Below are positions 26,361 to 35,966 of a stretch of 46,767 nucleotides of DNA, piece after piece (the first letter of the stretch is position 1; the number at the start of each line of letters is the position of its first letter). The stretch lies in assembly GCA_965242925.1 (NCBI GenBank), contig CBDEUM010000002.1, positions 1 through 46,767 of the forward strand, read 5' to 3'. The DNA is from Roseibacillus sp. GTDB lineage: Bacteria; Verrucomicrobiota; Verrucomicrobiia; Verrucomicrobiales; Akkermansiaceae. The notes beneath the pieces are model-generated. The model saw nothing but the letters and a program-made list of their open reading frames with translations. It was not told the origin of the DNA and did not search any database. Both the position numbers and the translations under genes were made by a program.

Positions 26361-29219
26361 CTAGTCCCTCCTGAACCCCTCGCGTCTGCGCCGGGCCTCC
26401 TCCGCCTTCCTGCGTTCCCTCTCGGCCTTTTCCTCCGCCTTGCGCTCCGCCAATTCCCGGGCTGCCCGCTGAAAGGGCGATTCCCCGGGCCTGACGGGTG
26501 CAACTGGTCGACCGTCGTTTCTCGCCACCGGAGGGGGCTCAAACCTGGGCCGCTCCTCTCCCTTGGTCAGGAACTCGCTGGGCTTGAGGGAGTCGGAGGA
26601 GAATCGCAATTCATCCAGGACCACGGGTGAGCCCCCCACTGCGACGCGGAAATGCTGGCCGCTTGGCTCCCCGAGACTGCTGACCGGAACCAACGCGGTG
26701 GCGACCATCTTGTTGTCCAGGAAGATTTCCATACTCCCATGTGTGCCGGTGGCCCGCGGATTCCACACCGCCGCGAAATGATGCGGCAGCCCATCATAGA
26801 TCGGCACATTCTCCGCCACGGCCTGCATCTTCTCCGACCCCGTGTCGCAGATGAAGGCGAGAAAACCCTTTCCGCTCTTGGCGGGACTGAGAGCCAGCCG
26901 CCAGCCGGCGGCCTTTTCCTCGTTCGCCGCCGAGACCGTTCCTCCCAGCGTCCCGGCCGTCAATCGTCCCACCTTGACCCAGCCCTCATACGTGAAGGGC
27001 GCGTCAGCCTTCATCTCAAAGCTGCCAGCCTCATCCTTGCTCTCGGCGATGTGCGACACCTGGGCTGCCACGGCATTACCCTTCAGGATAAGGGGAACCG
27101 GATTCGGTGCAATGGCCTTGACCGGCTTCCAGCGGGCAAAGGCCCCGAGGGGATGAGCTCCAATGCCGTCACTGAAAACCCTCGTCCCCAGCTTGCTGTT
27201 ATCGAATCCCCAGTGCGCGATCGCCCTTGGAGGCGTCATGATGGCGGTATCAAATCGTCCGGAGCGATAGAGAACGCATCGCTCATCTGCGGTGAACCTG
27301 CGGGACCAGATCGCCGCTTCATCGATGCAGAAATCCGCATCCTTGCTGCCTACCTGCACTGCTGCCCCAGCCGCCGGGACGGCCCCCAGTTGCCCGGCCA
27401 CGACCTCCGATTGCACCCGGTGATCAAGCCAGATCGAGGTCTTGCCTTCAACGTGCTCGACGAGAAAGTGGTGCCAGCCCAGGTCCTTGGGCAGGTCCAT
27501 GGTCGCGGTCGCGTCCCCCAGGTCGGCCACAACCTGGTCCCCGGCAACCCGTACTTCACAGAAACCATTGAGACCCACCAGGGTCGCGTCCGGCAGCGCC
27601 TTCATCCCGGCAGGAGCACCCGGCTCCGGAGGCGCCTGCAGCGAGGAGTCCGGACGTCGGAACCAGAATGCCATGGTGATATCCTTGATTTCAGGAAGAG
27701 GCTTGGCGGGGGAACGCATGGCCTCGCTGCCATTCTCCTTCACCAGGCGGCAGGCCAGCCCGATCCGCCCGACCATCCCGGGGCTTCCACTGGTGGCATC
27801 AAGATCCCTTTCTCCGCCCGAGAGATCACGCACCAGGAACTCGGTGGATTCCTCGTCGAAGGGGGCGTAGAAGATGAGGCCGCTGGTGAGAGGCGTGAGC
27901 GAGGCCACGTTGGCGGGCTCCGGTGGAATGGGCGCCCGACCTTTCGGCAGGACGGGCTTCGGCGCGGGTTCCGGTTCCACCGGGTCAGGCTCGGGGGAGG
28001 GCTCCGGACCGGGATCAGGCCGGGAGGTGGGCGGATCGTCGACTGTGGCAACCTCACCACTACCGGACGGGTCATTCGTTTCAACCTCGGGTTGGGGCTC
28101 GGCGGGCTCCCCCGGGTCACCTGCCAGTTCAGGAGCGGAATCAGGCTGCTCTTCGACAGGACCGGGAACCGGTGGATCCGGCGCGGGAGCGGGGACCGGC
28201 GGGAGCGCAGGCACGGTGGGGGGATTCAGCCCCTTGTTTTCGCTGGCGGCCAACGCTCTCCCATCCTCCTGTATTTTGTAGAACACGAAGACGCCAATGG
28301 CAGCCCCCATCACGATGACCGCGACCAGGGCCAGCCAGGCCACCACACCACTACTACGCCGGACAGGTTCCGGCGGCGGGGCCATCGCTGCAGGAACAAT
28401 GGGAGCTGCTACCGGAGCGACGGAGACAACCATGTCTCCCCGGAGGGCAATTGCCGGAACAGCAACCGACGGCCGAGCCAGGGGCAGGTCCTTATCAACC
28501 CGCTCCAGGCACCACGGCCGGAGAACCAGGCCCGCAGCCAGAAGATCGGACCGGCAGGCATGGGCGTTGAAGGGCACACGCCGAAAGAACACCTCCTGGG
28601 TCCTGTTGTCATAGATCAGGTAGGAGGCGGAGACATCTCCGGCGCTCGCCGGTTCCCCCACCGCGCCCACCTTGACCAGGTACCGGCTATCCTCGGAGAG
28701 CACCCCGTCCTCGGCGGGCATCTCCTCAATCCTGCCATCCGCGCGAAGTCGGAACATGCCCGGCTCAATTGCATGACCAAGGAAAGTGACCCGATGTTCA
28801 GTTGCCGCGAAGTTCGCCCGCGCTGCCTCCTGGTTCAGCACTCCGCGATACCAGTTCGGTTGCACACACTCACTATGGACAAAAAGGACTCCTCCGGTTT
28901 CCAGGGCCAGAGGACGTCCGGCGAGATAGGCTAACGACTCCACATCGAGATGAGACCGGGTCCATTCGATGGCCTGACGCGTAGCCTCATCAAAAATCGA
29001 AATGTCAATCATCCCTGCCACCGCCGCATCGAAATAACCGAGGACGATGTTCCCGGTCCGGGCACGGAGACCGCACAGGATCTCCGGCGTCCCCGGCCCA
29101 TAACCCGCCACATCACCCAGGCAGATCGGCATATCAATCTCCTGGCGGTCGAGATCCTCCAAAAGGGCCTCCCACGCCTGCCGGTTACCGTAGATATCTG
29201 AGAAGATCGCGTAACGCAT
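26361..29219 (-). CDS. Membrane protein: degenerate calcineurin-like metallophosphoesterase, TM helix, Pro-rich linker, two LamG-like domains, charged tail
   Basis: MRYAIFSDIYGN, CLGDVAGYG, VLGYFD, FVHS, FLGHAI, KVGAVG; TM GVVAWLALVAVIVMGAAIGVFVFY; LamG signatures YAPFDE...TMAFW...WHHF...IDEAAIW and AHWGFD...FTYEGW...HHFAAVW...LDELRFS. Confidence 0.85.
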   Translation of the reverse strand: MRYAIFSDIYGNRQAWEALLEDLDRQEIDMPICLGDVAGYGPGTPEILCGLRARTGNIVLGYFDAAVAGMIDISIFDEATRQAIEWTRSHLDVESLAYLAGRPLALETGGVLFVHSECVQPNWYRGVLNQEAARANFAATEHRVTFLGHAIEPGMFRLRADGRIEEMPAEDGVLSEDSRYLVKVGAVGEPASAGDVSASYLIYDNRTQEVFFRRVPFNAHACRSDLLAAGLVLRPWCLERVDKDLPLARPSVAVPAIALRGDMVVSVAPVAAPIVPAAMAPPPEPVRRSSGVVAWLALVAVIVMGAAIGVFVFYKIQEDGRALAASENKGLNPPTVPALPPVPAPAPDPPVPGPVEEQPDSAPELAGDPGEPAEPQPEVETNDPSGSGEVATVDDPPTSRPDPGPEPSPEPDPVEPEPAPKPVLPKGRAPIPPEPANVASLTPLTSGLIFYAPFDEESTEFLVRDLSGGERDLDATSGSPGMVGRIGLACRLVKENGSEAMRSPAKPLPEIKDITMAFWFRRPDSSLQAPPEPGAPAGMKALPDATLVGLNGFCEVRVAGDQVVADLGDATATMDLPKDLGWHHFLVEHVEGKTSIWLDHRVQSEVVAGQLGAVPAAGAAVQVGSKDADFCIDEAAIWSRRFTADERCVLYRSGRFDTAIMTPPRAIAHWGFDNSKLGTRVFSDGIGAHPLGAFARWKPVKAIAPNPVPLILKGNAVAAQVSHIAESKDEAGSFEMKADAPFTYEGWVKVGRLTAGTLGGTVSAANEEKAAGWRLALSPAKSGKGFLAFICDTGSEKMQAVAENVPIYDGLPHHFAAVWNPRATGTHGSMEIFLDNKMVATALVPVSSLGEPSGQHFRVAVGGSPVVLDELRFSSDSLKPSEFLTKGEERPRFEPPPVARNDGRPVAPVRPGESPFQRAARELAERKAEEKAERERRKAEEARRRREGFRRD

Positions 29220-29286
29220 CGAAATCAGCCAGCCTCCTGGGAGTATTCTCGGTTACCCGGGGCTATCCTGCAATTTCCGATTCAAA

Positions 29287-29547
29287 TTACTCCTTGGCAA
29301 AATCCGCTAACTTGAGAACCAGATAAGGCCCCAGAATGAAGAGAATCACGGCCAGCTTGTACTGCATAAACACGGTGTAGTGGATTTCATCAAAGCGCTC
29401 TACAGAAATCCTGAACCACTGCGTGTGCACCTTGAGCATGAAGTTGTGCGCAAAGACAAATGCCAGAAACCACCACAGCATGATCGCCATGTTGATGATC
29501 GCACACCATCCCAGAAGAGCGCGCAGATTTTGAATCGTTATCTGCAT
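29287..29547 (-). CDS. Small membrane protein (DUF6868-like)
   Basis: 86 aa, two hydrophobic segments, pattern LGWC.IIN...L.WWF...H..WF.IS.E.FD.IHY....YKL....F...PY..L. Confidence 0.75.
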   Translation of the reverse strand: MQITIQNLRALLGWCAIINMAIMLWWFLAFVFAHNFMLKVHTQWFRISVERFDEIHYTVFMQYKLAVILFILGPYLVLKLADFAKE

Positions 29548-29583
29548 GATCTCACCCTGCCCTTCCTGCTTCCAGAGGATTTC

Positions 29584-31356
29584 CTACCGCCGGTAAAAAT
29601 CAACCCAGCTCAGGTCGATCTTTCTTGTTCCGGTTTTCAGCACCGATTGCGGAACTTCAGCCTCGTAATAACCGGCAATACGCTTCGAGGAATTGGGGCC
29701 GGTGGACTCTACCAGGTAGCGGCCCTTGCGCGGATTTCCTTCTGCATCAAGCATCCGGGTTTGAAGATGATCTTTGCGCGATCGGGAATTCTCGCCATGG
29801 TATGAACCTGAAAACGTTTGATCCCCCACCGTGACCCCAAACCCCTCCAACCCGGCCAGGTGAATGCGCAGCAAGACTTTTGGGGGCCATTGGCCTTCGA
29901 TTAGACTAATCGCTCCCCCACCAATCCCAAACTGATCGGTCACATCAAAGACGACGGAGTCCTTCCCCAAGGTCGCCTTGATTTGCCTGAGGCCATCGTG
30001 TGGTCCCTTCTTTTTGTAATCCAATTGAAATTTTGCTCCTGGAACCTTGGCTGCGTTTTTTTTCCCGGGATTTTTCGACTCAATCCCAATCATCAGCTGC
30101 TTCAACCCGGCAACGATCTTGGGGTGCTGGTCTGCAAGGTTGGTTCGTTCTCCAAGGTCCGCTTCCAGATCGTAAAGTTCATCGACTTTCTTGCGACTAT
30201 CATCAACCGCATAGCCGTGGAAGTGCGCATCGGGTTTTAGATACTTCCACTTGCCCTTACGCACACCGGCGCGGTTGAAGTAAAAGTATTCGCGCCCAGT
30301 TTCACGTTTTCCGAGGAGTAGATCCGTCTGGTCCATGCCATCAATACGCCGGTCTTCCGGCACTTCAAATCCGCAGAGGTTGGCGAAGGTGGGCATGAAA
30401 TCGATAGTCGCAAAGATCGCATCATTCACGCGTCCCACCGGCACCTTGCCCGGCCAGCGCACAATACAGGGCAATCGGTAACCGGCCTCATACGGCGAAC
30501 CCTTGCCATTCCGCAATGGGCCGGCCTCACCCCAGAAGATGGAGTCTTTTGGATGGCCCTGCTTGCGCTTGGTATACTTGTCCTGATTCCACGGGCCATT
30601 GTCGCTCGTGTAGATCACCAGGGTATTCTTGAATAATTTCAATTCATCCAAGATGTCGAGCAGACGACCGGTTTCATAATCAAACTCCTCCACCACATCG
30701 CCGTACAATCCGCCCTTGGACGTCCCTCGAAATTTTGGAGAGGCATCAATGATGGTGTGCATCATGGTATGGGCCACGTAGAGGATGAAGGGTTTCCCAG
30801 GGTCACGTTTGTTTTTCAGGAAATCGATCGACTTATCCGTGTAGAGCCGGGTGAGGCTGCCCATATCCCTGGTCGTGCCGGCATCCTCATTATTCTCGTG
30901 AAACTTCACCGTGCCATTGTCATTGGCGCCCAGTGCACCGAAGTAATAATCAAAGCCCTGGGCATTGGGCATGCGCGGGATGATCGCCTTACGGTTGGAG
31001 ACATCCCACTTACCAATACAGGCCGTCTGGTATCCAGCCTTGCGAACGAGTTCAGCCCAGGTGATTTCATCCGCCGGCATCCCCCACCCGCCACTGCGAA
31101 TGGGCTGACGACCGGTGAGCAGTGCCGAACGGGATGGGCCGCAAACGGTCTGGGAGTAGAAGGAGGTAAAGCGAGTGCCCTCCTTGGCCAGTTGATCCAA
31201 ACGCGGGGTCTTGTTCTTCTTATTCCCGTAACAGGCCAGATCCGCATACCCCTGATCATCCGTGAAGATGATAAGGATATTTGGCCGAAGGGGCTCGGCG
31301 CCAAGCACAGCGATGACCCCGAGACAGGCCGAGAGAATGAGCGCGAGCACCTTCAT
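29584..31356 (-). CDS. Cys-type arylsulfatase with an extra C-terminal ~150-aa domain
   Basis: Signal peptide from ATG 31356, RPNILIIFTDD, VCGPSR, IGKW, SDNGP, GKGSPYEAG, ELYDLEADLGE; extra domain ending WVDFYRR. Confidence 0.9.
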   Translation of the reverse strand: MKVLALILSACLGVIAVLGAEPLRPNILIIFTDDQGYADLACYGNKKNKTPRLDQLAKEGTRFTSFYSQTVCGPSRSALLTGRQPIRSGGWGMPADEITWAELVRKAGYQTACIGKWDVSNRKAIIPRMPNAQGFDYYFGALGANDNGTVKFHENNEDAGTTRDMGSLTRLYTDKSIDFLKNKRDPGKPFILYVAHTMMHTIIDASPKFRGTSKGGLYGDVVEEFDYETGRLLDILDELKLFKNTLVIYTSDNGPWNQDKYTKRKQGHPKDSIFWGEAGPLRNGKGSPYEAGYRLPCIVRWPGKVPVGRVNDAIFATIDFMPTFANLCGFEVPEDRRIDGMDQTDLLLGKRETGREYFYFNRAGVRKGKWKYLKPDAHFHGYAVDDSRKKVDELYDLEADLGERTNLADQHPKIVAGLKQLMIGIESKNPGKKNAAKVPGAKFQLDYKKKGPHDGLRQIKATLGKDSVVFDVTDQFGIGGGAISLIEGQWPPKVLLRIHLAGLEGFGVTVGDQTFSGSYHGENSRSRKDHLQTRMLDAEGNPRKGRYLVESTGPNSSKRIAGYYEAEVPQSVLKTGTRKIDLSWVDFYRR

Positions 31357-31452
31357 GGGAGTGAGGCAGGGCGTCCAGTTTTCGTGGAACCTGCCAAAAG
31401 TAACGCGAAAACGTGAACAATAAGGCTTTTCCAACGAAAATGGTATGGAACC

Positions 31453-32823
31453 ATGTTTGCGATGATCCTCACCAGAAGGAAGTTTCTACGTAGCCAGGGA
31501 GCGCTCCTGACCCTCCCGTTCATGCCCTCGCTGGCCTCGTCCAAGTCCCTCAAGGCCCGGAAGAAGCCTGACAAGAAGATGGTGATGTTCTACGTACCCA
31601 ACGGCATTAACCGCCGCGGGTTCTTCCCCGGGGAGGAGGAAGCACAGCTTCCCGGGTTCGTCGGTGGATTCAACGCCGACAAGACCAAGGCCCAGAAGCG
31701 CCTTGAGAACGAGGCGGGAATCTATCCGCTGAAGTTCAGCTCCACCATGCAGCCACTGAAGGAGCATGCCGAGGACATCACCTTCGTCACTGGAATGGAG
31801 CGCACCTTCAAGAACGGGCAGGACGTTCACGCCCAGGGAGCCTCCTGTTACCTCACCAGCGTCTCGCCGGTACAGGCTGCCGAAAAAGGCTGGCGCTATC
31901 CCAACGGTCGCAGCCTGGACCAGGTCATCGGTGATCGTATCGGCCATCCCTCCGTCTTCAAGACCCTTGAAATCAGCTGCAACGGATTCCGGGCTCCCAA
32001 GGAGCCCATCTATTTCGACAATATCTCATGGTATGGACCGGACAAGATCGCCCCTTCTATCAGGGATCCCCAGAAACTTTACGAACGCCTCTTCAAGGCC
32101 GACAATTTCCAGGCACATCTTGATGATGTCTCCTCTCTGATGCTGGCCGATGCGAAGACCCTTGCGAAAAATCTGGGAAGCGACGATCGCGAAACTCTGG
32201 GCGAGTTCATGGAAATGATCCGCAATGTGGAGGTGCGCATCGCCAAGCAGAAGGAGCGCCTCGCAAAAGCAGACGTCCGCATCCCGAAGGATGAGATCCT
32301 GCCGCGCGGCGAATACATCCGCCTGCAGACCGACCTCATGCTCCTCGCCTTCCAGATGGGCATGACCAACATCTGCACCTTCATGATCGGACCGGAACGC
32401 TGGGACGCCACCCTGATGTATGAAGGCGTCTTCGACAAACCGGTCCAGCACCACAACATGACCCACAACCAGAAGGGTGATGGCTGGAAGGGGGTGCAGA
32501 AGATCGATATCTTTCACCTCCAGCAATACGCCTACATGCTGAAGCGGATGAAGGCGATCCGGGAAGCGGACGGCAGCACCATGCTGGATAATTCACTCGT
32601 GACCTACGGTGCCGCCCTCGGAGACGGCGCGACCCACCAATTCTATGACCTGCCCTTCATCCTTGCCGGGAAAGGCCAGGGCCAGGTCAAGCAGGGCCGC
32701 TTTCTCAGGTGCAAGAGCGGCACCCTCAACTCCAATATGTGGCTTACCCTCGCCCAGCTCATGGGAGCCGAACTGAACTCCTTCGCTGACAGCTCGGGCG
32801 TGATCTCCGACCTGTGGACGTAG
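31453..32823 (+). CDS. DUF1552 domain protein, Tat-exported
   Basis: TRRKFLR twin-Arg, LTLPFM, YVPNG, SLDQ, ISW, P.KLYERLF, QHHNMTH, MLDNSLV. Start may be ATG 31462. Confidence 0.92.
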   Translation: MFAMILTRRKFLRSQGALLTLPFMPSLASSKSLKARKKPDKKMVMFYVPNGINRRGFFPGEEEAQLPGFVGGFNADKTKAQKRLENEAGIYPLKFSSTMQPLKEHAEDITFVTGMERTFKNGQDVHAQGASCYLTSVSPVQAAEKGWRYPNGRSLDQVIGDRIGHPSVFKTLEISCNGFRAPKEPIYFDNISWYGPDKIAPSIRDPQKLYERLFKADNFQAHLDDVSSLMLADAKTLAKNLGSDDRETLGEFMEMIRNVEVRIAKQKERLAKADVRIPKDEILPRGEYIRLQTDLMLLAFQMGMTNICTFMIGPERWDATLMYEGVFDKPVQHHNMTHNQKGDGWKGVQKIDIFHLQQYAYMLKRMKAIREADGSTMLDNSLVTYGAALGDGATHQFYDLPFILAGKGQGQVKQGRFLRCKSGTLNSNMWLTLAQLMGAELNSFADSSGVISDLWT

Positions 32824-32836
32824 GCCAGACGGTGGA

Positions 32837-35827
32837 ATGAGAACTCCCGAAGCACAGCACGCCAGGCGCTTACCCCCCCCTCGCAAGACAGCCGCAACCG
32901 CTGTCATGGCCCTGGTATTCGTCCTGGTTGCTTCCCCCGGTTCCCCCGCCGCCGGGGACTCTGACGCCCCAGCCTTCACTACCTTCCTGAAACCGCTCTT
33001 CACTGAGCACTGCGTCAAGTGCCATGGCGGAAAAAAGATCAAAGGCAAGGTGAACCTCAAGGAGATCACCACCGCACGGCAACTCCGGTCAAAACCAGAT
33101 CTACTGAAAGAAATGATCGAGGCCATCGGCGCCTACGACATGCCTCCAGAGGACGAGCCGGAACTCCCGGAGAGCACACGCCGCAAGCTGCTTGCCGGCT
33201 TGAAGGGGATGCTCCGGGAAGCGGCCGCAGAGAACCCCGGAGAAAAGCAGGTTCGTCTGCGACGCCTCAACCGTTTCCAGTACAACAACGCAGCACGGGA
33301 CCTCTTCCGGTTGAACCGCGACATCTTCGCTCTCCCCGAGAAGCTCATGACCCGGCACAGCAACTACTTCGACCCCAAGGTTCCCCAAATGCCCGCAAAG
33401 GTCGAGGTGGCCTGTCACTCGCTGTCTCCCACTCCCGGCCTGCGTGGGGTGAAATCCTTTCCCAAGGATCTGAGGGCGGCTCATGGCTACGACAACCAGG
33501 CCAATCAGCTGTCCCTGTCTCCCCTTCTCCTTGATTCCTTCCTGCGGCTCAGCCTCTCCATCATCGAGAGCCCCGACTTCAACGAAAATACGGTGGGAAT
33601 CTGGAACGACTTCTTCCGCGACCCCGGGGGCGGGGATCTGCGGGCGGAGATTCGCAAACGTCTGCAACCCTTCCTCCTCCTCGCTTTCCGCAGCGCCATC
33701 GAACCGGAAACCCTCGACCGCTACACCGACTACACCTTCGCCAAGGTCCAGCAGGGGCTTTCCTTCACCGACGCCATGAAAAAGGTGGCCTCCGCAACAC
33801 TCTCCTCACCACGGTTCCTCCTCCGCTACGGCTCAACCCCCAGGGGCAAGGACCTCTTCTTGGTGGCGAGCAATCTCGCCTTCTTCCTCTGGAACAGCGG
33901 ACCGGATCTCGCCCTCCTGAAACTGGCCGAAAGTGGCGAGTTGGCCACTCTCGACACCTTCCGGAAAACCATCGACCGCATGATGGCGGACCCCAGGATC
34001 GAGCGCTTCCTCGATACCTTTCCTACCCAGTGGCTACAGTTGGAAAACCTGCTGGGGGCCACCCCCGATCCCAAGCTGGCACAGCTTTTCAATGTCGACA
34101 AGAACAGCCCGGCCAGCGTCCAGATGATCCTGGAGCCCCTCCTGCTCTTTGATGCCATGTTCCTGGAAAACCGGCCCGTGATTGAGCTTATCGCTCCCAC
34201 CTTCGCCTACCAGAGCGAGTTCCTTCGAACCTGGTATACTTCCGACCTCAAGCCGCCAAAGATTGATGCCAAGGCCATCGTGGCACGCAATAAGGCCAAT
34301 GACCAGCAGCGCGCCAACCTGCAAACCACTATCAAGTCCAGCCAGAGTGAGCTTGATGCCCTCCTCAAACCGGTGAAGAGCCGACTCCTCCAGGCCCGCC
34401 AGAAGGGAGGGAAAAAGCCAGTCGATCTCAATCCGGTCGCCGCGTGGGAATTCAATAAAGACCTCCGGGACTCGGTGGGATCGCTCCACCTCAAGGCCCA
34501 CGGCAAGATCGAACACCGTGACGGGATGGTCATCCTCAACAACTCCTACCTGCAGAGCAGTCCCCTTCCCTTCGATCTCAAGGCCCGCACCCTGGAGGTC
34601 TGGTGCCTGGCACACAACATCGACCAGCGCGGCGGTGGCCTGATGGGCGTCCAGGGACCCGGTGACTTCTTCGACACCATCGTGCTCGGGGAACGACAGC
34701 CGCGTCATTGGATTTCCGGAAGCAATCGCTTTGCTCGTACCAAGGACTTTCCCGAGTCCCCTCCTGAAACCAAACCAAACCAGCGGATTCACCTCGCCAT
34801 GGTCTACCAGGAGGATGGCGCGGTTACCCTCTACCGGAACGGCAAGCCCTACGGAAAACCCTTCCGCACGGGCATCGCCACCTTCCCCAAGGGGCAGAGC
34901 TCCATCATCTTCGGCCTCCGCCACCTGCCGGCCGGGGGCAACAAACACCTCCATGTCAGCCTCGCCCGCGCTCGCTTCTACAACCGCGCCCTGAGCGCCG
35001 AGGAGGTAGCTGGATCCTCCGGTGGCCTCTACATTACCAAGGCGGAACTTCTTAAGGCTCTCGCTCCGGAGCAGCGTAGCAGGCGGGACGCCCTCACCCG
35101 TAAGATTGAGGAGTCCCAAACCGCCCACAACAATGTACCCGCCAACACCGATCCCCGCCGGGCCCAGCAGGATGCCCGGAAAATCTTCGAGGATGACATC
35201 CGCACCAAGCTCCGTTCAAGGACCTTTGAGCGACTGAACGCCACCGACCCGCGCTATGGAGGAGTGATTACAAACGCCGCCATGCTGAGCATGACCTCCG
35301 GTCCCAAACGCACTCATCCCATCGCCCGGGGGGCTTGGATCATCGAAGTCATTTTCAACGATCCTCCGCCTCCGCCTCCCAACAACGTTCCCCCTCTTAA
35401 CGAGGACGCTGCTGCCCGGAACCTCACCATCCGCGAGAAATTCGCCAAGCACCGGGAGAACCCCGACTGCGCAGGCTGTCACTCCCGTCTCGATCCGCTA
35501 GGCTTCGCCCTTGAAAACTACGACATCATCGGTCGATGGCGGGACAAGTATCCCAATGGCCGTAGCGTCGATGCCAGTGGAACACTGATGAAGAAGTATC
35601 CCTTCGACGGAGCAGTCCTCTTCAAACAATCTCTCGTAAAGGAGGACAGACGCTTTGCCCGTGCCTTTACCGCTCACCTCCTCCGCTATGCCACCTCGAA
35701 GGAACTGAGACCAGCCGATCTTCTCACGATAGAAGCCATTGTTGAAAAGACAGACGGGGAGAATTACAGGTTGCGGTCACTCATGCGTGAAGTGATTATG
35801 AGCGATAATTTCCTCCAGGGGAACTGA
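32837..35827 (+). CDS. DUF1592/DUF1588-type (PSD) multidomain cytochrome c protein with LamG insertion
   Basis: CVKCHG...MPP cytochrome domain, LRRLNRFQYNN, GYDN, LSSPRFL, ASNLAFFLWNSGPD, QWL, LamG insert, THPIARGAW, PPPPP, CAGCH..LDPLGFALENYD.IGRWR, C-terminal domain. Confidence 0.92.
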   Translation: MRTPEAQHARRLPPPRKTAATAVMALVFVLVASPGSPAAGDSDAPAFTTFLKPLFTEHCVKCHGGKKIKGKVNLKEITTARQLRSKPDLLKEMIEAIGAYDMPPEDEPELPESTRRKLLAGLKGMLREAAAENPGEKQVRLRRLNRFQYNNAARDLFRLNRDIFALPEKLMTRHSNYFDPKVPQMPAKVEVACHSLSPTPGLRGVKSFPKDLRAAHGYDNQANQLSLSPLLLDSFLRLSLSIIESPDFNENTVGIWNDFFRDPGGGDLRAEIRKRLQPFLLLAFRSAIEPETLDRYTDYTFAKVQQGLSFTDAMKKVASATLSSPRFLLRYGSTPRGKDLFLVASNLAFFLWNSGPDLALLKLAESGELATLDTFRKTIDRMMADPRIERFLDTFPTQWLQLENLLGATPDPKLAQLFNVDKNSPASVQMILEPLLLFDAMFLENRPVIELIAPTFAYQSEFLRTWYTSDLKPPKIDAKAIVARNKANDQQRANLQTTIKSSQSELDALLKPVKSRLLQARQKGGKKPVDLNPVAAWEFNKDLRDSVGSLHLKAHGKIEHRDGMVILNNSYLQSSPLPFDLKARTLEVWCLAHNIDQRGGGLMGVQGPGDFFDTIVLGERQPRHWISGSNRFARTKDFPESPPETKPNQRIHLAMVYQEDGAVTLYRNGKPYGKPFRTGIATFPKGQSSIIFGLRHLPAGGNKHLHVSLARARFYNRALSAEEVAGSSGGLYITKAELLKALAPEQRSRRDALTRKIEESQTAHNNVPANTDPRRAQQDARKIFEDDIRTKLRSRTFERLNATDPRYGGVITNAAMLSMTSGPKRTHPIARGAWIIEVIFNDPPPPPPNNVPPLNEDAAARNLTIREKFAKHRENPDCAGCHSRLDPLGFALENYDIIGRWRDKYPNGRSVDASGTLMKKYPFDGAVLFKQSLVKEDRRFARAFTAHLLRYATSKELRPADLLTIEAIVEKTDGENYRLRSLMREVIMSDNFLQGN

Positions 35828-35966
35828 GGCCTCCACCCTGTTTCACATTCTTCAGGGATGCATGGTCCTTGCATGTCCTCCTCTTTTCCGGCCCACGATC
35901 CTCCACCCACTCTCCTCGCATTGCACTCGCCTCCGGGGGCGGGCGATGTTAACCGGTCCTCCATTC

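Noticed and set aside
26652..28934. 760-aa plus-strand ORF and similar long antisense ORFs (104-1336, 3920-5002, 23578-24774, 36531-37961, 38295-39398)
   Set aside because: They mirror well-supported genes on the opposite strand, have no recognisable motifs, and are expected in high-GC DNA with strong codon bias.
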